DNA of 64,000 bases from Malacoraja senta (taxonomy: Eukaryota), in assembly GCA_038087875.1 (NCBI GenBank), contig JAXLNO010000106.1:1-64000 (forward strand), read 5' to 3'. This document shows positions 50,477 to 62,588 of the stretch, piece by piece; the first letter of the stretch is position 1; every line of letters starts with the position of its first letter. A program made the translations under genes and the position numbers. The notes below the pieces were generated by a model that searched no databases, was not told the origin of the DNA, and was given only the letters and a program-made list of their open reading frames with translations.

Positions 50477-53400
50477 GGTTGGTCCGCAGATGGCCGCGCC
50501 GTTGTGTCTGACTGCCCGTCGTCGCCCGTCTGGACATCAGCATGATCCACAGGCAGTTTTAGCCTACGAACGGCAGGCTCTCCTGAAGATCAGAGCGTCT
50601 GTCGTCGACTTCTTTGTCCGAGCCTCTGGACAAAACTTCCTCCAGCGATCGTTCCTCGCGCGACTCACGGTAGGTGTGTGGGCCCGGCTTTACAGTTATC
50701 GCCATACGAACCGAACCAGGAGGCGGAATAATCGAGCGGGCGCCTTGGAAAAGCTGAAGAATCTCGCCCGCGCTCGCCCAGCTCTGCGAAGTCGGATCTG
50801 GTCGGCCCTACCGCTCCATCCATCGGCGGTCCCTCGAGCTCAGGTATGCCTCTCTCAGTTTGATTATTCCGGTCCCCGATCTGTCGGCCCGCGGGCTCCC
50901 AGCCAGGCCATCTGTAAAACGCAGTGGCGTGGTCTCCCTGAACCTCCGCCCGCTGGCGTGGGAGCCGCTAACGGACCACAACTCACCTGCTGTCCCTTCT
51001 AAAGTGCCCCTGATCAACGCAAGATCCATATCAAACAAAACCTTCATTCTCAACGACTTCTTCACCGTCCGTGGATTGGACTGTTTACTGGTCACAGAAA
51101 CCTGGCTTAATCCTGGTGAGCTTGCTCCACTCGTGGAACTCTGTCCTGATAACTGTAACTTTTTCAGCTCGCCCAAGCTCTCCGGATGCGGTGGGGGCCT
51201 AGCCACTGTGTTTAAGAAACATTTCAACTGCCGCCTCCTGAACGCTGATCATTTCTCCAGTTTCGAAGTGGAACTAATTATAGGAGGTTTAGTCTATCCC
51301 CTCTTAATTGTTCATGTGTAACGCCCACCAAAAATGCATAAAGACTTCATCACCCAATTTGCTGATCTTATCTCTAGCCTTTCGCCCAAATTTGACCAAG
51401 TCTTGATTCTTGGTTATTTTAACATTCATGTCTGCTGTCCTACCAAGCCTCTGGTGAGTGAATTTATGCACCTGGTTGAGTCCTTCAATCTGACCCTACT
51501 TACCACTGGACCCACTCACAAGCTTGGCCATACACTGGACCTAGTGCTATCTCTTATCTATATTACAAATTGGTTTCCCAATTTGTAATATAGAAATTAT
51601 TGATGCTTGTCTGTCAGATCATAGTGCAATTATATTTGATGCATATCTGCCTCTCTCTCCCTCAAAATCTCATCTCCCTGTTCGCTACTCCCGCTACATA
51701 AACTCATTGATTGCCAGTAAGTTCTCTGAGGCTCTCATAGCTGCTCCCGACATCTGCACCATCGAGGCTTCTCATCCCCATCTCAGCACCGACAATCTCA
51801 TTTTTTAATTCAATAGTACTTGCTCTTCCATCCTGGATTCTGTTGCTCCTCTTAAATGGTTTGCCTTGGCTCAATGACACTACCAGAGCCCTAATAAGAG
51901 AGTGCAGAAAATCAGAACGGAAGTATAAATGTGATAAGCTTCAAATTTCCTTCGAATTTCTGAAACAATCTTCTCAAATACCAGGAAGCACTAACGTGCG
52001 AGAACACAATACTTTTCCAACCTTATTTCCAAAAACGCTCAAAATTCCAAGGTCCTATTTAGTACTATTACCTCTGTCATATGTCTCGCCCCCAGTACCA
52101 GCTTAGCTGGGTCCCCTGCCAAGTGCGAAGAATTCTCTACTTTTTTTCACCAGTAAAGTTGAGAACATTAGAACAAATATTTCACCCCCCACCCGTGACT
52201 TAGCTGTCTCTTTGGTCTGTTCTTCTAAATTAGACTGCTTCCAATCCGTTACTCTATCCTCCCTTGTAAAGCTTGTCTCCACTATGAAACGTTGTTTCCA
52301 CTGCCCTTCTGAAGGATGTATTTGCAATAGTCGGTCCCAGTATCCTCTCTATCATCAACAGTTCTCTGGCCACTGGCGCTGTTCAAACCTGTTTCAAGCA
52401 CGCGGTGGTCCAGCCCCTCCTGAAAAAACCTAACCTAGACCCCACCTTGCCTAGTAACTACAGACCTATTTCCAAACTGCCTTTCCTCTCAAAAGTCCTT
52501 GAAAAGGTAATTCTAGACCTTATCTACTCCAAAATTCCATCCTGGAAAGTTTCCAATCAGGTTTCAGGGCCCACCACAGCACAGAGTCTGGCTTGTTGAA
52601 GGTACACAACGACCTCCTTCTCGCCATCGACTCCGGCGACTGTGCAATCCTGCTCCTTCTCGACCTCAGCGCAGCGTTTGATACAGTGGACCATTTCTCT
52701 ACTAACATAGGCAATTCTTTCTCTTCCCCAGCTAGCCTTTTCTGCGGGGTTCCACAAGGCTCCGTGCTAGGCCCCATTCTCTTCTCTCTGAACCTGCTCC
52801 CTCTCGGCCGTCATTCAAAGTCATGGCATTTCTTTCCATTGTTATGCAGATGTCACACAGCTCTATCTCCCCCTGAAACCCAACAACCGGTCTAATTTAA
52901 ACAGCCTCATGCACTGCCTCGATGACTTAAAATGTTGGATGGCTCAGAACTTCCTCCAACTTAACGAGAGCAAGTCTGAGGTCATCCTACTCGGCCCCTC
53001 CGACTCCATCAAACCGATAACAGGCAGCCTTGGAAGCATGTCAAAAACCTTGGCGTGATATTTGACTCCACATTAAAGTTTGACAAGCAAGTCAACTCTG
53101 CGGTAAAAGCTGGTTTCTTCCAGCTTCGTACCATAGCTAAAATCAAATCATTCCTCAAATTCGACGACCTGGAAAAAAACATCTACGCATTCATCTTCTC
53201 CCGCCTTGACTACTGCAACTCCCTATACACTGGCATCAGCCAATCATCCCTGTCCCATCTGCAATTGGTCCAAAACGCTGCAGCAAGACTTCTGACGGGT
53301 ACCCGTAACTAGATCCTGGCCTCTCTCCACTGGCTCCCAGTACGGTACAGAATCAACTTCAAGCTCCTCTTATATGTATACAAAGCCCTTAACGTATTTG

Positions 53401-53810
53401 TCCCCCCCCCCCCCCATATCAAAAATCTTCTAACCCACCATTCTACCTCCAGGTCCCTCAGGTCGGCTGACTTGGGGCTACTGACTATCCCGCGGTCTAG
53501 GTTTAAGCTCAGGGGCCACCGCGCTTTTGCGGGGTTGCAGCACATAGACTGTGGAATAGCATCCCGCTCCTTATCAGAACTGCCCCCACCATCGACTCCT
53601 TTAAGTCACGACTCAAAACCTATTTCTACTCCCTAGCGTTTTTGAGCCCCTCTGAGGGGGCGCTGTAAACAGTTTATGTATGCATTGTTAGATCTGTCAA
53701 CCATTGTATGTATCAAATTAGTACCTGCACTGAAGTGACGCACTTTGGTCAACGTGAGTTGTTTTTAAATGTGCTATACAAATAAATGTATTATTATTAT
53801 TATTATTATT
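50477..53810 (+). mobile_element. L2 LINE, probably near full length, with APE endonuclease and RT remnants; internally deleted and frameshifted
   Basis: INARSI, VTETWL, GHTLDLV; NYRPISKLPFLSKVLEK, LLDLSAAFDTVDH, GVPQGSVLGP; (att)n tail. Confidence 0.92.
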
Positions 53811-53909
53811 GATAAGCATCTACGACCAGCTTGTGATGGCAACAGGAGCCAAGCTACAAACTGGGCATAGAACCAAAAAACACAAGCCCCAGGTGTCACT
53901 CAGTGCTGG

Positions 53910-54790
53910 GTTTCAAGGTCAGTTTATTGTCACGTGTACCAATTAAGGTACAGTGAAATTTTAATTACGATACAGCCATACAAAAATAAGCAACAAGACA
54001 CAAAATTACATAAACGTTAGCATAAGCATCCACCACAGCTGATTCCCCATGTTCCTCACTGTGATGGAAAGCAATAAGGGCCAATCTCCTTCCTCTTTAT
54101 TCTCCCGTGGTCGGGGCAGTCTTCTTCTTGCGTATGGCGTGCACAGCCTAAAGTTGTAGGGCAACTTGTTCTATTTGATCTTAATTGATTGTGCACGCCG
54201 GGTTGATTGCATTCCTGGAAATAGGGTGGACCACGTGAAGGTTGCAATCTTCCAGCCCGACGGGGCAGTCGAACCATTCGCAGTCGGGGTGATCGAAGCT
54301 CCCGCAGCCGGCAGTTGAAGCCCCTGCGTTGGGGCGATCGAAACTCCAGTGTCAGGGCAATCGACACTCCCACGCCGGGGCGGTCAAAGCTCCTGCGACT
54401 TTAAGTCCCTGATGTCGGTCTCTAACCAGAGACCACAGGCTCTGTGAAGCTCCACGAAGTCCCGCAGGCTCCCACAGTTGGAGCCCCAAAGACAACCCCT
54501 GGCAGGGTTTGCAAACTCCAGGATGGTAGTCCGCAGCCTCCCGCGATGGCGCTCCCGGTCTATCTCCAGCAAAGGTCGCCAAATCCATGATGTTAGGCTG
54601 CAGTGCGGACAGAGATACGATACGGAAAAAATTGTATCTCCATCGAGGTAAGAGCTTAGAAAAAGTCTCCCCCAACCTCCCACATAAAACAAGCTAAAGA
54701 ACACTAAAAACATACATTTAACACATACAAAACAGACACAAAGAAGGAAAGGACAGGCAGACTTGGCGAAGCAGCCATTGCTGGTGCCAA
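53910..54790 (-). mobile_element. GC-rich non-autonomous retroelement with a Rex1-type 3' tail
   Basis: 3' end tttcactgtaccttaattggtacacgtgacaataaactgacc. Confidence 0.5.
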
Positions 54791-55162
54791 CTGGTGGACT
54801 TGTCCCCAACGTTGCTCAGAATGCTGCACTACCTGCCCTTTGTGGAAATTTTCTTCAATAAAATACATTGGACCACAGGCATGGATTACCGTCAGGGCTG
54901 TGCCGATGAAGCACACAGAGTGTCACGATTATATCTTGGAAATTTTGGCAGATTCACAAGAATCAAATTTTCTGCTGGAGGCAGAGAGATGAAATGAGTG
55001 GGTTAATGTTTTCGTCCGGGATACGTCTAGTTACAAAGGCAGGGCAACCTGTTTCCCACTGCTGGATATCCCAGTTTGCATTGACTGTGCCGAAGTAGAG
55101 ATGATTGAAAACTTTAAATTCCTAGGAGTCAATATCGCCGACAACGTCTGGACCACCCATAT

Positions 55163-56072
55163 AAGCGAGTTCGGTATTCCGACCAGGTCATAGGTCACTA
55201 GCTATAAAACAGTCTTGGCAACAGTGGTGCTGCATTGTGTGCAGGCTTGCGTTTCGTCCATAGTGTGGATCGGGGTCGGTTCTCCGTCGCTGCGGGTGCT
55301 GTTGAGTAGCTGTTGGGCCGTCCCTGTCCCCTCCCCAGTGTCCCGTCCCTGTCCGGGGTGGCCCTGGGCTTGCAGGGCAGTCCCGGACTTGCAGCCGGCG
55401 CTGCAGAGCCGGGTTGGCCGGCAGCCCTCCACCTCCACCCCACTGCCCTCCCCTCAGTCCGACACCAAAATCCTGCTGAAGATGGGCAGCCGCCGGCTGC
55501 CCTTGTAAACGGGCGACTCGGAGCCGCTGCTGCTGGAGTCATCCTGGTCGGAGAGTCTGCGGACGGGGTCCTGCCGGCATGGGCAGGCCCGGTGCCCACT
55601 GGAGCTGCGGGTATTGCTGGTGAGGTGGTACTGGCGGCAGCAGAAACCTCCTCCCCCTCCCTTGCCCAGCCCCAAGCCCTGAGTCTGGGCGAGCTCCAAC
55701 TCCAGATCGGGGCTGAAGGCAGCCCGCAGCATGGCCCAGTCCGAGGGCCGGAGGAGGCTGAGCCCAGGCTGGCGCAGGCGAGGCCGGGGCCCTCGCTCAT
55801 CGGGGTTGTGGATGAAGTGGCAGCGGGTACCGTAGGGGCAGAAGTCAGTGGCGTGCAGGGTGCGGCTTGTACTTGGGGTAGCGGCGAGCTGGCATTTGTC
55901 GCTGTAGCGGCCCATCGGGGAGCGGGGTCCTCTGGAGTTGGAGCAGGGCTGGGCTGGAGTTGACGCTGGCTGTGGGTTCTGAGGGTCTGGGGCCGCTGTT
56001 GTCGGTCCGGGCTGTCGGTTGGCCCGGCGGGAGAGGCGGAGGTGAGCTGGGGTTGGCTTACCGAACTCGCTT
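55163..56072. mobile_element. Non-autonomous TIR element (AT TSD, ISL2EU-like) carrying a captured host gene fragment
   Basis: Perfect 14-bp TIRs AAGCGAGTTCGGTA at 55163-55176 and 56059-56072; AT duplicated at 55161-55162 and 56073-56074. Confidence 0.78.
55454..56040 (-). pseudogene. ZFP36: Decayed ZFP36-family (tristetraprolin/TIS11) fragment: damaged second CCCH finger and C-terminal CNOT1-binding motif
   Basis: FCPYGTRCHFIHNPDER and SGSESPV..SRRLPIFSRILVSD*; YPKYK remnant out of frame; first finger largely deleted. The symbol denotes the family; the paralog (ZFP36/L1/L2) is not resolved. Confidence 0.88.
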
Positions 56073-56626
56073 ATTAACACAACAACCAAAAAAGCACACC
56101 AACACCTTTACCTCCTTAGTAGGCTTAGGAAATTTGGCATGTCCCCTACAACTCTCACCAACTTCTACATATGCACCATAGAGGCCAGCAGCGTAACCAA
56201 GGACAAGTCGCACCCTGGCCAACTACCTCTTCTCCCCTCTCCCATCAGACAAAAGGTATAGATTAAGTATGAAAACACACACCACCAGATTCAGGGACAG
56301 TTTCTTCCCTGCAGTTATCAGGCAACTGAATCATCCTACCACAACCAGAGAGCAGTGCTGAACTGCTATCTACTTCATTGGTGACCCTCGGAATATCCTT
56401 GATAGGACTTTGCTGGCTTTACCTTGCACTAAACCATATTCCCTTATCATGTATCTATACACTGTAAATGGTTCGATTGTAATCATGTATTGTCCATCTG
56501 CTGACTGGTTAGCATGTAACAAAAGCTTGTCACTGTACCTCAGTGAGCGTGACAATAAACTAAATTAAACTAAACTGAACCGGAGGGAAGATTTTCCAGG
56601 CCACATCAGGAACACAGTAGCTGCCC

Positions 56627-56743
56627 TCACAGTGACATCTGAAACCGAAGGCTGTCGGGGTTTCTCTGATCCTGCTGAAGGTTTTGGGGTCCCGCTTCAT
56701 GATCTGGTCTGATAGTTTGTAATTCTTGCAATTCTCCATTATC
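56627..56743 (-). CDS. Gene B terminal coding exon
   Basis: tttattctAG|GAT. DNGELQELQTIRPDHEAGPQNLQQDQRNPDSLRFQMSL*; similar at the nucleotide level to 33118-33230. Confidence 0.75.
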   Translation of the reverse strand, partial: DNGELQELQTIRPDHEAGPQNLQQDQRNPDSLRFQMSL

Positions 56744-57251
56744 CTAGAATAAACAGAATCCATTTGTTATTTGAATGGCAAATCTTCACATTCAAACTAC
56801 AGAGATAAGGGCAGGACAAGACAGGCAGGGGGGAAAGAACATGGAGAGAGGGTGTAGTAGAGGTACAAACGGGACAGAACAAATGATGCAAAGGGAGACA
56901 AACAAAGAGGCCACAGCCTGCAGAACCAGATCCAGACTGGGAGAGACAGTGAATGTCCACATGTTGCATGGAGAACATGTCCAGACATGGCCGTAAATAA
57001 AGTACTGAGAGAAACTGAACACTACATTAAATCCCACCAGATACTGTATCATGTACATTAACAGAGGCTAAGATTCCCTCTGGGTTATGTGTGTCAATGT
57101 CTGTCAGACCGTGGTGATATAAATATAGTAGCAGATTTTGATGAATGTGTACGTGCATGAGAGCAAGAGGAAGGGGAAGATATCAGTAGATTTATAAACT
57201 CATTAAACAATCCTCTACAGAATTCAACAGAACGTTATCTTAACAAAATAC

Positions 57252-57298
57252 CTGTTTTCTTTCTGCACAGCTGTCTCTGTTAGTTACTTCATGTCTGC
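57252..57298 (-). CDS. Gene B exon: short cytoplasmic tail exon
   Basis: ttttattcattatAG|GC ... ACAG|GTATTTTG, 47 bp, phase 1-0. SRHEVTNRDSCAERKQ; splice contexts nearly identical to gene A 32704-32747. Confidence 0.78.
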
Positions 57299-58300
57299 CT
57301 ATAATGAATAAAAGAACCTTTCACAACTCTGCACACATACACAATATTGTCAGATTATTTATGGCTCATTCTAGTCTCTAAACAGTAGCAACTCACCCTT
57401 GCTCTTTCACTTTAACCAATATCAGTGCATCCAGGTGTGTTTGAACAGTAAGTGCAGAGTCGGTATCTCTGGGTAACCGACTAGAAGGTGCAGGATCAGA
57501 CCTTGGGAAACGGTTAACCGATCAATGAGTGAATCGCTTTACCTACAGGGCCCTAAAGGTCACTTCCTGAGGACAATCACACAGAGCAAATCAGGAACTT
57601 CTGCATCCCCGGCCTGAGACAGTCCCCTGGGCTCGGAGAGCATGGAGACTGGATAAAGGCTCCCAACCTGCACCAGGAGCCGGGTCAGGAAATCTGCCTT
57701 CTCACTGCTCGTCTTTCCCATGAGGTCAATCATCTCATTCCCATTCCCTTCATTATTCCCTGTACCCTTGCTCCAGGCAGAGCCTCATCAATCCAACAGG
57801 AGGGCAATCAAGCAGCAAATCATTGGCCAATTCCCCACATCTGCTCCCATTGACCAAGGTTCCCTTCACCAGCCATCCTGAGAATGTGTGGAAACCCAAA
57901 TTTACTCTTGTCACAAGCGGGATGACAGATGAAAGATGTCCGTCAGCTCATTGATCTAATCCCAGAACCCCATCCCTGCCATCCCCCCACTGGAGCATCC
58001 AGCTGTTCCTTCCAATAACCCAGGGCTGGGTCTCCCCCATCCATCCCCTCCTGGGAAAGGTTCCAACCACTGATTGGCCTCCATGGGATGGAAAACCTAT
58101 GTTTTCTCTTTGTGGCTCAAACATGCCCCTCAAACGACTGCTCCCGTCTCTCTGCCTGCAGGATTGCTGGAATTTCCAGATAGGAAATGACAAGGCCCAT
58201 CAACCTGTTTCAATCATCCCCGCTGTCTGATGTTCTAGTGATGACAGAGACCAGATTTTCCCAAATGGGGTCCCCGCCTGCACTCACCACTCTTCCAGAC

Positions 58301-58934
58301 CAGGCACGTGCCAACAGGGTAGGCAAGGTAGGCAGTGCCTACCCTGACTAAAATTATAAAAAGGTAATTATTAAATATAAGTAGTAAAGATTTCCAATTC
58401 ATTTACTATTGGCAACTTAATGCACGAAATTACATGCATAATTTATAAAATGGTTATTATTTTCATGATTTCATCGATCTCTAAGGTAGGCATAATTCTC
58501 CCGTGCCTCTAATCCGCAGTACATGTAATACGTGAAACTATGTGCAACTCATGTGCCATGGATGCTACTTCAAGCCTTCACTTACAGCGGACAATAAAGG
58601 CAGCTGAAATTCTGCCTTTGCACCGTGGACTGCACGCATGTGTGCTGCGCAGCCTGCGCGCAAGGTGTTGCGCACGTGTTCATCTTCCGCCTGTTTTCTT
58701 GGCGGATTTTTCAAACAAAGTGAAGAATGGAGTTTGTGTACAAATAATGTGGTAAGTACATTTTCTGTTTTTAAAATATTTTATTAAGAGATAAGGCTTT
58801 TGAAGACAAATTACTTTAAATAAGTCGACTGACTGCCTACTGGAGAGGAGACCAATCTGCGCATGCGCGGTTTTTCAGATTTTTAAAAGTCGACTGACTG
58901 CCTACGCTGAGTAATTACTCATGGCACATGCCTG
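58301..58934. mobile_element. hAT-type MITE in a gene B intron
   Basis: TIRs CAGGCACGTGCCA / TGGCACATGCCTG; 8-bp TSD ttccagac / ctccagac (7 of 8 match). Confidence 0.8.
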
Positions 58935-59195
58935 CTCCAGACGTACCCTCTTCGGATCAGGAACACCAATCCTGATGCCCGACAGTCCCGGAGCAGAGGC
59001 ACAAGGCTTTGGATTGGGTGATGTAGGCCTTCTGGAGCAAGACCCACATACAAACACCTCTGGAAACCTCAGGCATCCACAGCCCTCACCCAATGACAGA
59101 CATTACAACTATTAACTTTGAAATAAACGTGATCAAAATGAAAATATTTAAATTATTCGAAACTAAAATGATTAAAATATATAGTTTATTCCACC

Positions 59196-60726
59196 GTACA
59201 CAAAAATGATGGAGAAACTCAGCGGGTGCAGCAGCATCTGTGGAGCGAAGGAAATAGGCAACGTTTCGGGCCGAAACCATTCTTCAGACTTATAGGGGAT
59301 GGGGAGAAGAAAGAAAAAAAGGCAGAGGAGGAGCCCGAGGGCTAAGGGATGGGAGGAGACAACCAGAGGGCTGAGGAAGGGGAGGAGACAGCAAGGGCTA
59401 GCAAAATTGGGAGAATTCAATGTTCATGCCCCCAGGATGTAGACTGCCCAAGCTGAATACGAGGTGCATTTCCTCCAATTTCCGGTGTTGCTCGCTGTGG
59501 CCCTGGAGGAGACCCAGGACAGAGAGGTCAGATACGGAATGGGAGGGGGAGTTGAAGTGCTGAGCCACCGGGAGGTCAGGTTGGTTATTGCGGACCGACC
59601 GGAGGTGTTCGGCGAAACGATCGCCAAGCCTCCGCTTGGTCTCACCGATGTAGATCAGATGACATCTAGAGCAGCGGATGCAATAGATGAGGTTGGAGGA
59701 GATGCAGGTGAACCTCTGTCGCACCTGGAATGATTGCTTGGGTCCTTGAATGGAGTCGAGGGGGGAGGTGAAGGGACAAGTGTTGCATCTCTTGCGGTTG
59801 CAAGGGAAAGTACACGGGGAGGGGGTGGTACGGGAGGGAAGGGAAGAATTGACAAGGGAGTTACGGAGGGAGCGGTCTTTGCGGAAGGCAGACATGGGGG
59901 GAGATGGGAAGATGTGGCGAGTGGTGGGGTCACGTTGGAGGTGCGAAACTGACGGAGGATGACTTGTATGTGACGGCTGGTGGGGTGAAAGGTGAGGACT
60001 AGGGGGACTCTGCCCTTGCTGTGAGTGGGGGGATGGGGAGAGAGAGCAGTGTTGCGGGGTATGGCAGAGACCCTGGTGCGAGCCTCATCTATGGTGGAGG
60101 AGGCGAACCCCTGTTCCCTGAAGAATGAGGACATTTCGGATGCCCTGGTGTGGAACGCCTCATCCTGGGAGCAGATGCGGCGTAGACGGAGGAATTGGGA
60201 GTGGGGGATGGAGCCCTTACAGGAAGCAGGGTGGGAAGAAGTGTAGTCCAGATAGCCATGGGAGTCAGTAGGTTTGTAGTGGATGTCGGTAAGATGTCTA
60301 TCACCTGCGATGGAGATAGTGAGGTCAAGGAATGGTTGGGAAGTGTCGGAAATGGTCCAGGTGTATTTTGAGTGCCAACTCCTCCCCTTCCTCAGCCCTC
60401 TGGTTGTCTCCTCCCCTTCCTCAGCCCTCTGGTTGTCTCCTCCCCTTCCTCAGCCCTCTGGTTGTCTCCTCCCCTTCCTCAGCCCTCTGGTTGTCTCCTC
60501 CCATCTCCTCCCCTTCCTCAGCCCTCTGGTTGTCTCCTCCCATCCCTTAGCCCTCGGGCTCCTCCTCCGCCATTTTTCCTTTCTTCACACCCCCTATCAG
60601 TCTGAAGAAGGGTTTCGCCCGAAACGTTGCCTATTTCCTTCGCTCCATAGATGCTGCTGCACCCGCTGAGTTTCTCCAGCATTTTTGTGTACCTTCGATT
60701 TTCCAGCATCTGCAGTTCCTTCTTTA
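59196..60726 (-). mobile_element. Penelope-like element with an inverted pLTR at its 5' side
   Basis: RT C-terminus and GIY-YIG on - (59398-60370); inverted pLTR on + (60380-60726); 15-bp TSD atagtttattccacc at 59181-59195 and 60727-60741. Confidence 0.92.
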
Positions 60727-60959
60727 ATAGTTTATTCCACCACCTTGGCACAGAGTCTGAGAGCAGATTCCTCAACCAGGAAAGCTCAGTTAGTTTCTGC
60801 TCCACCTGTATTTCCATGCATAGTGCAGCAGCCATGCAATGGGGAATTCAGCCAGAAAGTTCAAGGATATTGACATTGCATGGCCTATCATGTTTACTGA
60901 CCACCCAGCCATCAAAGGGATTCACAGAAGGTGTTGCCTCTAAAAAAAACTAATATTCA

Positions 60960-61885
60960 AAGATATATATAAATGACTTGGATGTATTTGTAGACAGTTT
61001 GGTTGGAAAGTCTGCAGATGACACCATGGTCATGGAGTGTGAGGAAGGCCATCACGGATTCTGAGGAAAGTATACAGCGGGATGTAGGCCAGGTACAGAA
61101 AATGGCAGATGGAGTTTAATCTGTGCGTGATGTGTTGCATTTTGGGAGGTCAAATGTAAGGGCAAAATATAATTAATGGCATGATCCGTAGCAGCTTTGA
61201 TGTACAGGGGGTCTTGGGGGTCTACGTCCACAACTCCTTAAAAGTGGTAACACAAGTAGATAGAGGGGTAAGGAAGTCATGTGGTATGCTTGCCTTCATT
61301 GGTCAGGGTATTGAACATGAGAGTCAGGAGGTCATGTTGAAGCTTTATAGCATCTTGGTTAGGCTGCAATTGGAGTATTGCGTGCAGTTGTGGTCACCCC
61401 ATTACAGAAAGGATGTGGAGACTTTGGAAAGGGTGCAGAGGAGGATTACCAGAATGATGCTTGGATTGGAGGGTATTAGCTACAGGGAGAGGTTGGAGGG
61501 ACTTGGCTTGCTTTCCCTGGACAGCTGGAGGTTGCAGGGAGACGTGTTAGAAGCATATGAATTGATAGGGTATAGTCAGAACTTTTTTTGACAGGATGGA
61601 AATATCAAATACTAGAGGGCTTTAAGGTGAAGGGGGCATAGTTTAAAGGAAATATTCTGGGCAAGTTATTTTTAACAAAGAGGTTGGTGAGTATCTGGAA
61701 TGCGTCTGGATGGTGCTGCAGACAAGATACAATAGTGGCAATAATGAGACTTTGGACAAGCACATTGATATACAGGGACTGGAGGTATATGGACTATGTG
61801 CAAGCAGATATGGGTTGGTCCTGGCATCTTGATCGGCATAGACATTGTGAGCCGAAGGGCTTATTCCTGTGCTGTAGTGTTCTAC
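60960..61885 (+). mobile_element. Decayed CR1 3' fragment
   Basis: LYSILVRLQLEYCVQLWSPHYRKDVETLERVQRR. Confidence 0.85.
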
Positions 61886-62489
61886 ATTCTATCCACACCG
61901 GCTGGGCCATACTCTCATCTCGGTGCTACCATCAGGAAGAAGGTATAGGAACATGAAAACCATGATCTCCATGTTCAAAAACAACTTCCTCCCAGCAACC
62001 ATCAGGCTCTTGAATACTGCACAACACTAATCACTGCCTCAGCAACAATAATCTACCTGGACTTTGTTTTGGTTGCACCATTTCGGCATTACACTATTAT
62101 GATCAGGTATTATTGATTATTAAATTATTGTTTTATTGATTATAGTATACTTACTTGTGTATTTTCCATTAATGGCCGGTAAAGCTGCAGCAAGTAAGGA
62201 TTTAATTGTTCCATTGCAGTACATATGGCAAATAAACACTCTCAACTTGATCTCTATATTCCAGACGAATCCTGACCCCCACTGGCATTTGTGCTGGAAA
62301 TATCAGCAGCCAAGAGTGGAATTTCCAGCAGGACCTAGCAAATTCCAGGCTGGAGCAGTTCCTGAATGCCGACAGACAGTCAGGGACAGACTGGGAATAA
62401 GCTGGAGGTTTCCCCATAACTGCTGTTTTGAAGGCAAGACCAGGGGGGAGACCATATTCTTTAGAAAATGCCTGTATTTTGAGACTTAC

Positions 62490-62588
62490 TTTGGCAAACC
62501 GGGAAGGACCTGGATAATGCTATCACACATGTGACCATTGATACAATGGGTATGATCCAGATGGGAATGTTGGTGTCACAGTCTTGAT
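62490..62588 (-). CDS. Gene B (paralog) exon: loop Cys plus TM5
   Basis: On the - strand, tatatttcAG| ... CAAA|GTAAGT, 99 bp, phase 1-1. QDCDTNIPIWIIPIVSMVTCVIALSRSFPVCQ shares CD.....W.I...S...CV with gene A TM5. Confidence 0.8.

Larger units (their letters stand above)
55070..56580 (+). mobile_element. Rex1-like LINE 3' fragment hosting the 55163-56072 insertion
   Basis: FKFLGVNI ... WTTHI|NTTTKKAHQHLYLLSRLRKFGMS continues across the insertion; tail gtgacaataaactaaattaaac. Confidence 0.75.

Noticed and set aside
55454-56089. Functional ZFP36L1/L2 gene or an ordinary processed pseudogene
   Set aside because: The first zinc finger is deleted and the second damaged, there is no poly(A) or long TSD, and the segment is bounded by TIRs.
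60382-60536. CRISPR-like 29-bp repeats
   Set aside because: There are no unique spacers; this is a tandem amplification of Penelope sequence in eukaryotic DNA.
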